Shown here: positions 18,478 to 28,087 of the stretch, in pieces
How the letters are laid out: each line of letters opens with the position of its first letter
How positions within the stretch are numbered: position 1 is the first letter of the stretch
NCBI GenBank assembly: GCA_965222115.1
Contig: CBDCTJ010000007.1
Coordinates: 1,760,001-1,824,000 of the forward strand
Reading direction: 5' to 3'
DNA from: Planctomycetota bacterium
GTDB taxonomy: Bacteria > Planctomycetota > PLA2 > JAEUHO01
Length of the DNA stretch: 64,000 nucleotides
Notes under the pieces: model-generated
What the model was told of the DNA's origin: nothing
The model's database searches: none
Seen by the model: the letters and a program-made list of their open reading frames with translations, nothing else
Translations under genes and position numbers: made by a program

Positions 18478-20574
18478 ATGATTCAGGCCACGGAACAAAC
18501 CCCCGACGATGAGACGACTGCGCGCGCAAAGACTGTGCTGCGCGACGTGTTCGGTCATGACGCGTTCCGTCGTGGTCAGCAGGATGTGATTTCGTCCGTA
18601 CTTGCCGGGCGAGACGTGTTGTGTGTAATGCCCACGGGCGCCGGCAAGAGCCTCTGCTATCAACTTCCCGCACTGGTTCGTGAGGGGCTGACGCTTGTCA
18701 TCAGTCCGTTGATCGCGTTGATGCAAGATCAAGTGCAAGCCCTCCGACAACGCGGCGTCGCGGCGGCGGGCATCAACAGCATGGTGCCCACCGACGAGCA
18801 GTACGACATTCTGGAGGCCGCGGTTCGCGGCGAAGTTCGTTTGCTCTACGTGGCGCCCGAACGATTTCGAAACGCAAGTTTTCGACGGCGTATCGTGAAT
18901 GCAGGCGTAAATCTCGTTGCCGTTGATGAGGCCCATTGCATTTCGCAATGGGGACACGATTTTCGACCCGACTACCGTCGCATTGGCGAAGCCCTGGGTT
19001 CGCTTGGGCGCCCCCAAGTGCTCGCGCTCACGGCTACCGCACCAAAAGAAGTGCAAGACGACGTCGTGAAACAGCTTGAACTCCGCGACCCCGTGCGATT
19101 TGTGCATGGCATTGTGCGTGAGAATCTCTGCTACGACGTCGTGCATGCCACGCGGCGAGACTCCAAAGAACGCATTTTGCTTTCAACGGTAAGGGCATCG
19201 CCTTCCACGTTGATCTACTGCGCCACGCGCAAGCAAGTCGATCGACTGTATGACATGCTGCGTGGCGCGGGACAAAAGCCTCGCCGTTATCACGCGGGTC
19301 TTTCGCTGGAAGAGCGCGACGTGTCGCAACACGCGTTCCTTGTGGAGGGTGCGCCGCTACTTGTTGCCACCAATGCTTTTGGGATGGGCGTGGACCGCCC
19401 CGACATTCGCATGGTGATTCACTATGAAATTCCCCGAACCATCGAGGCGTATGTTCAGGAATCCGGTCGCGCGGGGCGCGATGGCGATCCAGCCAACTGT
19501 CTGTTGATCTACAGTCCCGGCGATACCCACATCCAGCGCTTTTTTATTGAGGCGTCCAATCCCAGTGAAGCCGTCGTGCGCGACGTGTATCGCGTATTGA
19601 CTGAGGCGGGCGACTATCGGCTCGAACTGAGTGTTGAAGAGATCGCAGATCGTCTTCGAATGGACGCGCCCACGTCGGCGGTAGGCGCCTCGCTCGCGAT
19701 CCTCCACGAGGCATCTGTTGTTCGGCGAGGTAAACGCGGCGACAATTTGGCAAGAGTGACTGTGCTCCCGCCGCCCGGCGATCTTTTTGAGAACGCGCCG
19801 TTACCTCCCGGACTATCGCGCCTGCTGGCCGAACTTGTACGTCAGTTCGGCGTGGATCAACTTGGCCATCTAGACGCCGAGACGCTGGCCGCCGCACGTG
19901 GCGTAACGGTTGAAACCGTGCGTCGTGGACTCCGAAAGCTATCCGACCTCGAACGCATTCGTTATGTGCCTGCGTTTCGCGGGCGAGCCACCGAAGTGCG
20001 GCGGGTTGACGCACCCGAGATTGCGCTCGAGAAAGTTGACTTCGCCAAGATTGCCGAGAAGCGAGCGCGTGAGGAACGCAAGCTCGATCAGATGATCGAC
20101 TACGCCACCTGCCCGGCGTGCCGCGTCCTGTTTTTGTTACGCGGCTTTGGTGTTGAGAGCAACGAGCGTTGCGGTCGCTGCGATCGCTGCAAGGGATCGG
20201 GAAAGCGTGCCGCGTCCGCAGCGCGAGACGTTGGACGCTCCAAAGTAGCCGACAAAATGATTCGCCACGCGCTTGCGGCCGTAAACACGTTTGACGAGCG
20301 TTACGGCTTTCGCAAACTCGCCGGACACCTTGCGGGATCCAATGCTGCCGACATCGCCAACGGCCCGTTGGCGCGTGGGATGACCCGCGGCGTTATGCGC
20401 GCACTCGGAACCAAAGGCGCCGAGCGTTACTTGCGCATGGCACTCGATCTGGGGCTCCTCAAACTCGTGTCTCACAAGCTCCAAGGCCGGGGCGGCCGCC
20501 GCGTTCACCTCGTCGCCATCTCCGACCGCGGCCGACGCGTACTCAAAGGCGAGCCCATCGAACAGGGATCTTAG
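18478..20574 (+). CDS. recQ: RecQ-family ATP-dependent DNA helicase
   Basis: 'MPTGAGKSLCYQLP', 'DEAHCISQWGHDFRPDY', 'QESGRAGRDG', Zn site 'CR...CGRCDRC'. Confidence 0.95.
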   Translation: MIQATEQTPDDETTARAKTVLRDVFGHDAFRRGQQDVISSVLAGRDVLCVMPTGAGKSLCYQLPALVREGLTLVISPLIALMQDQVQALRQRGVAAAGINSMVPTDEQYDILEAAVRGEVRLLYVAPERFRNASFRRRIVNAGVNLVAVDEAHCISQWGHDFRPDYRRIGEALGSLGRPQVLALTATAPKEVQDDVVKQLELRDPVRFVHGIVRENLCYDVVHATRRDSKERILLSTVRASPSTLIYCATRKQVDRLYDMLRGAGQKPRRYHAGLSLEERDVSQHAFLVEGAPLLVATNAFGMGVDRPDIRMVIHYEIPRTIEAYVQESGRAGRDGDPANCLLIYSPGDTHIQRFFIEASNPSEAVVRDVYRVLTEAGDYRLELSVEEIADRLRMDAPTSAVGASLAILHEASVVRRGKRGDNLARVTVLPPPGDLFENAPLPPGLSRLLAELVRQFGVDQLGHLDAETLAAARGVTVETVRRGLRKLSDLERIRYVPAFRGRATEVRRVDAPEIALEKVDFAKIAEKRAREERKLDQMIDYATCPACRVLFLLRGFGVESNERCGRCDRCKGSGKRAASAARDVGRSKVADKMIRHALAAVNTFDERYGFRKLAGHLAGSNAADIANGPLARGMTRGVMRALGTKGAERYLRMALDLGLLKLVSHKLQGRGGRRVHLVAISDRGRRVLKGEPIEQGS

Positions 20575-20602
20575 ATTCAACCTCGCCCCCCGATTCTCGC
20601 GC

Positions 20603-20630
20603 TTGACGCCTCTCCCCGCCCCACTACGAT
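20603..20630 (+). promoter_or_regulatory. Sigma70-type promoter of tRNA-Gln
   Basis: TTGACG-N16-TACGAT; a similar element precedes tRNA-Ser. Confidence 0.6.
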
Positions 20631-20647
20631 TCCCCTCTCAGCATCGC

Positions 20648-20720
20648 TGAGGAGTAGTTCAGTTGGTAGAACGCCTGATTCTGGATCAGGAAGTCGTAGG
20701 TTCGAGTCCTACCTCCTCAG
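20648..20720 (+). tRNA. tRNA-Gln(CTG)
   Basis: Acceptor TGAGGAG/CTCCTCA; anticodon arm CCTGA-TTCTGGA-TCAGG; T loop GGTTCGAGTCC. Confidence 0.95.
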
Positions 20721-20724
20721 TTCC

Positions 20725-20945
20725 TTTTAAGGGGCAAAGCCCCTTACGCGTCAAACTTGGACGGCTCAGCAGGCTTCGCCCTCCAAGATTTGACGCTATC
20801 CCCATTTGTTCCTCAAGGGGCAAAGCCCGCGCAGCGCGGAGCGCTGCTTGCCAATGGCACGGGCGTTCAACTTGTATTGAAATGCTGCGCATGTCTTCTC
20901 CAAGATTGAACGCTAACCCCATTTTGTCCTTATAAGGGGCAAGGT
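20725..20945. repeat. tRNA-linked palindromic repeat cluster, copy 1
   Basis: Units of AAGGGGCAAAGCCC plus the inverted repeat GCGTCAAACTTGGA...TCCAAGATTTGACGC; near-identical to 22636-22788. Confidence 0.85.
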
Positions 20946-21513
20946 CTGTGTGGCGCTTCGCCGTCCGTTCGCGCTCCCATTCAAAATTTGCGCCCCTCTA
21001 CGCTTGCGCCTCTCTAAATCCGATCGCAAGTAGGCGTCTTGCCATCCGTTCGCGCTTGGTGAACTTGGTGTCCTTGGTGAGAGCCTCTTTTTTGAACGTG
21101 CTCGCTACAACCAACCGCGCACGCGCTCGCCAAACGGCTTCCATCAACGCTTGCGTCCCTGCGTATGATCAACCACCCAGAACTACAAACCGGCATCGTA
21201 TTCCCACCAACACGAACATGGCCGCACGTGTATTGACAAGACAACACGCGCAACTTGTCGAGAAAGCGCGTCGTTAAGCACCCAATCACGACGACCGCTA
21301 CCGCCCGGTGGCGAGAACGTTCCGGACGGCGCAAAGAACTTCGAGGGACTCGTTGCTTCGATTTAGTCGCATTGAGCTAAGTCACGTGCCACACCCACGT
21401 TACGCATGGTCTCGATAGCGATACGCACTGACCGCGCACCACGTTGCGAGTACGGCATTCGGTGTGTGCATGCATCGGCGTCAACGAAACCTTGTTTCCA
21501 ACTAGGAGTAATC

Positions 21514-22353
21514 ATGAAGCGACTCTTCATCGGAGCTGCACTTGCCGGTGCAGCGTTGCTATTACCCACAACGGATGCCTGGGCACACGGCGGTCAGTAT
21601 CGCGGTGGTGTGGGCGAGATTCCGCCCGCCCTTCGCGATGCCGAGGACCCAACACCGGAGCCTCCCGTTTGCGAGCCCGGCGATGGGCCCACGACGGACC
21701 ACGGCGATCCCGATTCTCCACAGACGGGTCCGGTTACGGCGCCCACGCCCGATACCCCCCCGGTGGCCACAGGTCCTGGATCATCTCGAGACGTCGGTCC
21801 CAAGACACGTCGCAGGAAGAGCTCCACAGGATTTGAGACGTGGAACTTCTGGTACCACTTCAACAACGGCCGTGTTGAGAATCTCAAGCGCTCGCTCTAC
21901 ACGCGCGTCCACTCGCGCAATCCGCTCTTTGAGATCGGCGGGAGCGACACCTCGAATCGATCCGATTCACTGCATGCCATCGACGCGCTGGTTCGTACTG
22001 ATGTCGTCGATGCACTCAAGTGGGCCATGAACAAGAAGAACGTACCCCATTCGGACGCGCGTTCGGCTGCATTCATTGGCATGGGCAAAGTGGCGACCAC
22101 TCCTGCTCACGTTGAACTCTTGAGCAAGGGCTTTGATGCCGACGAAACCGAGATTGTGAAGGAATCCACTGCGCTGGCGTACGGCGTACTACGCCGTGCC
22201 AACCCGGCTCGTCAGTTTGCGTCAAGTGACCTTTCGAAGATTCGGGATCGCCTGTTCGAGGTGTTCGAGAATGAGAAGGATTTCGGTACACGCACACGTT
22301 CCTTCGCCATCATGAGCATCGGCCTGCTCGGCGATCAGCCCTTCGTTCGCTAG
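21514..22353 (+). CDS. Exported HGGQYRG-type Pro-rich/HEAT-like protein, possibly truncated
   Basis: RBS AGGAG; signal peptide ending 'AWA-HGGQYRGG'; Pro/Thr linker; 'WNFWYHFN'; HEAT-like helices. Confidence 0.75.
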   Translation: MKRLFIGAALAGAALLLPTTDAWAHGGQYRGGVGEIPPALRDAEDPTPEPPVCEPGDGPTTDHGDPDSPQTGPVTAPTPDTPPVATGPGSSRDVGPKTRRRKSSTGFETWNFWYHFNNGRVENLKRSLYTRVHSRNPLFEIGGSDTSNRSDSLHAIDALVRTDVVDALKWAMNKKNVPHSDARSAAFIGMGKVATTPAHVELLSKGFDADETEIVKESTALAYGVLRRANPARQFASSDLSKIRDRLFEVFENEKDFGTRTRSFAIMSIGLLGDQPFVR

Positions 22354-22556
22354 ATCACGCCGTCCTTTCCCGCGACAGAGAACTCGTCGCACCACTCGGC
22401 ATCGGCGTAACGCCGTGACCCATGTTGCCGGGCGAGACCTTGGGGCCATTCGCTTCGGCGGGTGGCCTCTTTTCGTATATGCCCGACGAATCTGCGATTG
22501 ACGCCTTCATCAATCTGGACGCCCCCGCGTGCCTTGGTAGATTTCCCGCGCCACGC

Positions 22557-22632
22557 GGCCCCTTCGTCTAGTGGTCTAGGACACGGCCCTCTCAAGGCTG
22601 AAACACGGGTTCGAACCCCGTAGGGGTCACCA
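22557..22632 (+). tRNA. tRNA-Glu(CTC)
   Basis: GGCCCCT...AGGGGTC-ACCA; anticodon loop CTCTCAA; GGTTCGAACCC. Confidence 0.95.
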
Positions 22633-22635
22633 ATC

Positions 22636-22788
22636 TTTTAAGGGGCAAGGCCCCTTACGCGTCAAACTTGGACGGCTCAGCAAGCTTCGCCCTCCAAGAT
22701 TTGACGCTAACCCCATTTTGGCTTCGTAAGGGGCAAGGCCAGCGTAGCGCGGAGCGCTGCTTGCCAATAGCTCGGGCGTCAAACTTGG
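22636..22788. repeat. tRNA-linked palindromic repeat cluster, copy 2
   Basis: About 150 bp near-identical to 20725-20875. Confidence 0.85.
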
Positions 22789-23290
22789 GTGTTTACGAGC
22801 AAGGCCCCTGGCGCGATTCGTAATTGTTGCGTGCGAGGCCCTTCGGATGAATTTGACTTCGTGTCGTGCAAGGCCCCTTGGACGAACCAGGGTTCCACCT
22901 CGCTATCAACGGCAATGCCTTCGGCATAGCCTTCTTCCAATTCGTATTCAATGCCTTTCGATTGCACCTTGGGACGCCGTCTCCACTTAATAAGATGCGC
23001 GCATTCCTCGGACGGCATCCACCATCGCCTGTGCCCCTATTCCTAATTGAGCACCGTCGCAAGAACAGCATCGGTGCGATGCGAGCCGGTGTCACGACTA
23101 CGGGTTGCGCTTGGTGTCCTTGGAGAGCGCTTCTTCGTTCAAGATACGCACGACAACAAGTCACGCGCGCGCTCGCCAAGCCTCCCTCACCCACGCCAGC
23201 GCCACGCGTTAGGTCCCCGTTCGCTTCCTCAAGCACAGCCGTATACGCGACGATTGGGAATTGCGGAGCCTTGTACTTTTGGAGCCCTAC

Positions 23291-23749
23291 ATGCGCGCCA
23301 TGCCGCGAACTGCGTATCAACTACTCGATGGTTGCGTACGCGTCGTCGGCGTGCTGTTGCTCGTTGCGGTAATCGCCAGCTTCGTGACGTCCACACCGCT
23401 CCCCGAACGACTTCTTTCACCGGGTGGCGCGTTGCCGTTTTGGATTTCCGCTTTGCTGGCCGCGCTCTTTGGCTTGAGCCTCGTCTTGGGTCCTTCGATT
23501 CATCGTGGGTATCGAGACGTGGCCCGCATACTTGCCGTCTTGCTAGCCGTGGCGTGTCTTGCGGACGGACTCACCTATTTTCGGCACATTGCCGCCGGTC
23601 GTGTTCACGCAACGCTGCCGATTCCGTTGAGCCTGCTTCTGGGGTTGTTGCTCCTCTTTTGGGCATCGGCCCGACCGCGGCAGCGTCGTATGTCGGTCAA
23701 GGGTGAAGACGCGCTCTGGATGAAAATCGCGGATCAGGCACATCCCTAG
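23291..23749 (+). CDS. Small multi-pass membrane protein
   Basis: Four hydrophobic segments; GGAG upstream of the ATG. Confidence 0.65.
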   Translation: MRAMPRTAYQLLDGCVRVVGVLLLVAVIASFVTSTPLPERLLSPGGALPFWISALLAALFGLSLVLGPSIHRGYRDVARILAVLLAVACLADGLTYFRHIAAGRVHATLPIPLSLLLGLLLLFWASARPRQRRMSVKGEDALWMKIADQAHP

Positions 23750-23833
23750 CCATCAAAGCAATCCCGGCATTGACCCTCCCCGCCAAACGGCTACCCTCGA
23801 CACATGAGACATTCCCCTTGCGATGGCGTTCGT

Positions 23834-24973
23834 ATGCTGTTCGTTTCATCCAGCGTCGCTTCCCGCCTGATTGCGGTCGTACTGGTCCTTGTCGTGTCCG
23901 CCGCCGTCTCTCCAATTGCCGTTGCGAAGGAGAAGACACCTCACGAGCAGTATCTCGATGATCTAAAAGCGGCCGTCAAGATCGAAGACTCGCTGGTGAG
24001 AGGCATCAAGAGAGTGCGCCAGTCGTCCGTGAGTGTCCTCTGCTACGTCACGATACGGCGCGGTGGCGATTCGGTCCGCATGCTGGCCGGCTGTGGGTCG
24101 GGCGTCATAATCAGGTACAAGAGTAAGCTGTGGATCGTCACCAACGTTCACGTGATTGCACGTGCCAAGGAAATCGAAGTGGTAACCGCCGATGGCGTTC
24201 ACCACGCCGTCGAAGAGCACGACTCGATACTCGAGTACGACATAGCACTACTCAAGTTCTCCAATAAGCCCAAAAAGCGTCCCAAGCACGTCACGCTAAA
24301 GCCGAACGTAAGCGAGTCGCAAATCAAAGAAGGGTCTTGGGTCATTGCCACGGGTACTCCCTTCTTCCTTGCTACAGACGGTCGTTCAGTAACGACGCTA
24401 GGCGTCGTGTCTGGCAAGGATCGCTATCTGCCGGGCCAATACAACTACGTGGGTGCCGTGCAACACGACGCGGAAGTCAATCCAGGCAACAGTGGTGGCC
24501 CGCTTTGGGATCTCAAAGGACAACTGGTTGGCATCAACGGAAAGATTGCAACAAGCTCTCGCATTCCTGGAGGCACCCCTACGAATACCGGTGCATCGTT
24601 CTCACTTCCGGTTCATCAAGTCAATGCCTACCTCAAGTTACTCGTGCGAGAGGACAATGCACAAGCGGGCTATCTCGGGCTGCAAACCAAAACGTGGAGC
24701 GATAAGAGGGGTCGCCCCTCAGGAGCAGAAATCACAAAATTGCAACGCGGCAGTCCCGTGCGTGGTAGGAAAGCCCCCGCCGTAGGCGACGTGATTACCG
24801 CAATCACCATCAAGACGAAGCGCACCGCTATCTACACGTCGATGGACCTTCGCAACGCACTTTCTACCCACTCGTCCGGTGAAAAGGTCTCCTTGGTGTT
24901 CAAACCCAAAGGCGGTAGTGGCATTAGAACGTGGAAGGGTGTTTTGGGATCCCCGCCACGGGGACGTCGTTGA
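23834..24973 (+). CDS. Trypsin-like (HtrA-type) serine protease with PDZ-like domain
   Basis: Intact triad 'VTNVHVI', 'YDIALLK', 'NPGNSGGP'; signal peptide. Confidence 0.92.
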   Translation: MLFVSSSVASRLIAVVLVLVVSAAVSPIAVAKEKTPHEQYLDDLKAAVKIEDSLVRGIKRVRQSSVSVLCYVTIRRGGDSVRMLAGCGSGVIIRYKSKLWIVTNVHVIARAKEIEVVTADGVHHAVEEHDSILEYDIALLKFSNKPKKRPKHVTLKPNVSESQIKEGSWVIATGTPFFLATDGRSVTTLGVVSGKDRYLPGQYNYVGAVQHDAEVNPGNSGGPLWDLKGQLVGINGKIATSSRIPGGTPTNTGASFSLPVHQVNAYLKLLVREDNAQAGYLGLQTKTWSDKRGRPSGAEITKLQRGSPVRGRKAPAVGDVITAITIKTKRTAIYTSMDLRNALSTHSSGEKVSLVFKPKGGSGIRTWKGVLGSPPRGRR

Positions 24974-26850
24974 TGCAGCGCCCCTCCCGCGACGATTTTC
25001 ATCGAATTCGTATAGCGTGCATCGCTTGCATGATATTTGCGCTTGTGGCCACCGCGTGCTTGACGACCCAACGCGCGTTTGCAAACGCGGCGGCGGTCGA
25101 AGATGAGTTTGAAAAGGCCATCAAACTCGTTACGCCAGCCACGGTCGTGTGTCTGCCGAAGGGGTTTCCAGGTCATATGGCTACAAGCGGCGTCGTGATA
25201 TCGCGAAAGGGTCTAGTGCTATCCGATAGTGATGTCGGCGCATACATTTCGGGTCCCATTAAACGCGGCGTGAAGCCAAATGTGAAATACACGGATGACG
25301 TCGAAGTTCGAATTCCAAATCTTAAGTCTAAGGGGCGCGGCTACAAGAGTCTCAAAGCGCGGGTGATCCTGAGAGACAAGGATCACGACACAAGTCTGAT
25401 TCAGATCACGGATGTGCCCAGTCGCGGCTTGGCGCACGTAGAGATCGGCAGTAGCGACGACATGCAGACGGGCGACTTCGCGTTCGTTACAGGCAACTCT
25501 TTTGGGATGGCGTCGGAAGGAACACCCACACTTACGGCGGGTGTGATCTCGGCGTTGATTCCCGCGAAAGACAAGTCAGAAGGCAAGTATGAGAACTTGT
25601 ACACCAGTGCTGCAGTGAATCGCGGCGTCAATGGTGGCCCCATCGTCGACGTGGAAGGCCGCTTGATTGGAACGATCTCCACATTTATGGGGCCGAAAGA
25701 TCGATATCAGTATCTCGGCAAGGCGGTGCCCATCGATCGGTTGCGAGCCTTTTACCTGTCTAAGGAAGCCACCAAGGATCTGTTTCCAAAGAGTAAGAAA
25801 TCGCGAGACAAGAGCAAGCGCGCCGGGCGGCTGGAAGCCGTGTTTCATCACGTGGCGACGACAAGCTACCCCGGTTTGGTGAGTCTCACCGTAGAGCGCA
25901 GTGGAGATCTTGAACACATCGCGCGTGCGCGCGGCGGTCGTCAGCCGATTGTGAACGTGCCGCGATACACGGGCGCTACGAGTGGCTTTGTGATTGACAA
26001 GGAGGGCTACATCGTCACGGCCCTCTACAACTTGGCCAGCGTAGAGGCGATTTCACAGCCACGCTGGCTCAATCCACCTGCCAATGCGAAGGTCGCACAC
26101 GGAATTTCACAGATCAAGTCGATACGCGTCCATTTCGTGGGGGGTGAGTCAGCGGATGCTGAACTGGTGGGCTACAACGAGGACATCGGCGTTGCGCTTC
26201 TCAAAGTCAAAGGCGACGTCAACAGGGACGCGATCCAACCGTTGCAGCCTGCGCCAATCGACGCGTATCAGGCAGGTCGATTTGTGGTTGCCGTCGGTCA
26301 TCCCTTTGGCGACAAGCCACTTCGCGCGCCCCTCACGGCCGTGGGAATCCTCTCCAAGCAACACCGGGTAGGCGCATCCGATCCTTGGGCTGGACAGTGG
26401 CAAACCGATGCCAGTTGCACGGATGCAACCTGCGGCGGTGCAGCCATGAATATCCACGGCAAATTGTTGGGCATGCTCTCGGTGTGGTCGCCGATTCAAC
26501 ACGGACGCGGATCGGGTATTGGCTTTATTGTTCCTTGGCCCATGATTCAGGAAATGTTGCCCGCTCTGAAACGGGGGAAGCGTCCGCCTCTTGTGGGTGT
26601 CATTTGGGGCGATGCTACGGATGACGAGCAGCTCGTGATTGGTAAAGTGATTGGCGAAGGTCCCGCGGCCAAAGCGGGGCTCAAGGCCGACGATATCGTC
26701 TTAAAGATCGACAGCAGGACGATTAAGTCGATGGCCAATGCCAAGCAGGCGCTCAAAGGCAAGTGGGCGGGTGATGTGGTTTCGTTTCTCGTCAAACGCG
26801 GCGGCATCGAAGTCAAAGTAGACATCACGCTTGGTGAACGAAAGCGCTAA
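24973..26850 (+). CDS. Tandem trypsin-like domains plus PDZ, catalytic residues degenerate
   Basis: TGATG overlap with the upstream gene; domain motifs 'LSDSDVG/AVNRGVNGGP' and 'TALYNL/DATCGGA'; PDZ 'GPAAKAGLKADDIV'. Confidence 0.88.
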   Translation: MQRPSRDDFHRIRIACIACMIFALVATACLTTQRAFANAAAVEDEFEKAIKLVTPATVVCLPKGFPGHMATSGVVISRKGLVLSDSDVGAYISGPIKRGVKPNVKYTDDVEVRIPNLKSKGRGYKSLKARVILRDKDHDTSLIQITDVPSRGLAHVEIGSSDDMQTGDFAFVTGNSFGMASEGTPTLTAGVISALIPAKDKSEGKYENLYTSAAVNRGVNGGPIVDVEGRLIGTISTFMGPKDRYQYLGKAVPIDRLRAFYLSKEATKDLFPKSKKSRDKSKRAGRLEAVFHHVATTSYPGLVSLTVERSGDLEHIARARGGRQPIVNVPRYTGATSGFVIDKEGYIVTALYNLASVEAISQPRWLNPPANAKVAHGISQIKSIRVHFVGGESADAELVGYNEDIGVALLKVKGDVNRDAIQPLQPAPIDAYQAGRFVVAVGHPFGDKPLRAPLTAVGILSKQHRVGASDPWAGQWQTDASCTDATCGGAAMNIHGKLLGMLSVWSPIQHGRGSGIGFIVPWPMIQEMLPALKRGKRPPLVGVIWGDATDDEQLVIGKVIGEGPAAKAGLKADDIVLKIDSRTIKSMANAKQALKGKWAGDVVSFLVKRGGIEVKVDITLGERKR

Positions 26851-26876
26851 CCGGCTTGGTTTGGGCATCGCTTCCG

Positions 26877-27854
26877 CTATAGGCGAACCTCGATTGGGCC
26901 ATCGGTCTCGTCGATATGGACTGTGTCGATAAACCGAATGCGGCGCGGCTCGCCCATGCCCATGATCAAGCTGTGCGTGCGACACCCCTGGCCGAAGAAC
27001 GTGACTTCGCGAAGCAACTCGCCGTCGGTGACACCCGTGGCTGCAATGACGAGCCGTTTGCCGGGAGCCAAGTCCTTGGCGGTAAGCAACTTGTCGAAGT
27101 CGGTCACTCCCATTTTTGCGGCTCGTTCCTTATCACCCGCTTTGTATTCAACGAGTCGGCCTTGCATGTCGCCGCCCAAACAACGAATGGCCGCCGCAGC
27201 AATCACCCCTTCCGGTGCACCGCCCACACCCATCACTGCATGCACAGCCGTACCGGTAATGCACGCGCTAATAGCCGGTGAAAGATCGCCGTCGGTTATG
27301 AGTCGTATGCGCGCGCCCGCTTCTCGAATCTCACGAATGAGCGTCTCGTGTCTCGGTCGCTCCAAGACGACAACAAGGACGTCTCCAATATCGCGATCCA
27401 AGCTATCGGCGATCGCTTTGAGGTTCTCCTTCACCGGGGCATCCAAGTCGATGCGGCCGCGACTCCGTGGACCAACAACAAGTTTGCTCATGTAACAGTC
27501 GGGTGCTGCGTACAGACCACCGGTTTCGGCCGCGGCCAATACTGCGATGGATCCGGGTGCTCCTGAAGCGCAGAGATTGGTGCCCTCAAGTGGGTCAACG
27601 GCGATATCGATGCCAGGCGCATCGCCCGACGTATTGCCCACCTCTTCACCAATGTAGAGCATGGGTGCTTCGTCGCGCTCCCCTTCGCCAATCACAATGC
27701 GACCGCGCATGGGGATATTGTGCATGGTCTTGCGCATGGCCTCGACAGCCTGTTGATCGGCGAAGTCCTTCTTTCCCTGGCCTGTTGTGCGGGCGGCGGC
27801 AATGGCTGCGGCTTCAACAACATGAAGGAATCGCGTGGCGAGGCTGATGGGCAT
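26877..27854 (-). CDS. glpX: Class II fructose-1,6-bisphosphatase
   Basis: '[17 protein letters not shown]', 'VDPLEGT', 'GGAPEGV'. Confidence 0.97.
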   Translation of the reverse strand: MPISLATRFLHVVEAAAIAAARTTGQGKKDFADQQAVEAMRKTMHNIPMRGRIVIGEGERDEAPMLYIGEEVGNTSGDAPGIDIAVDPLEGTNLCASGAPGSIAVLAAAETGGLYAAPDCYMSKLVVGPRSRGRIDLDAPVKENLKAIADSLDRDIGDVLVVVLERPRHETLIREIREAGARIRLITDGDLSPAISACITGTAVHAVMGVGGAPEGVIAAAAIRCLGGDMQGRLVEYKAGDKERAAKMGVTDFDKLLTAKDLAPGKRLVIAATGVTDGELLREVTFFGQGCRTHSLIMGMGEPRRIRFIDTVHIDETDGPIEVRL

Positions 27855-28087
27855 GAGAACTCCTAGCACATGTCGGGCAAAGCCTACAAACGACTGGGAT
27901 TAGAGGCTCGACGTTCCCGGCTGGACCGAGGGATTTTGGGACCGGTCGTACCGATATCGTGGCAAGCAACGTTTGGCGGATTTCAGCCCGCCTCCCGGGT
28001 ACTCATCCCCGATTCAAGCCGCCCCGTGTATGAGTAACGCCCCACAAACCGCGCGCCCCACTTCATGGTTGCGGGCCGGGAGCCATC

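Noticed and set aside
20725-20945. Possible mini CRISPR array (repeats with variable cores)
   Set aside because: Units are irregular in length, the repeats are inverted pairs rather than direct repeats with uniform spacers, and no cas genes are present.
22351-22410. Pyrrolysine or read-through at the TAG of the HGGQYRG gene
   Set aside because: Only 18 uninformative codons follow before TAA.
22793-23372. Overlapping 168-175 aa ORFs after tRNA-Glu
   Set aside because: No RBS or recognisable motifs, and they overlap repeat-derived sequence.
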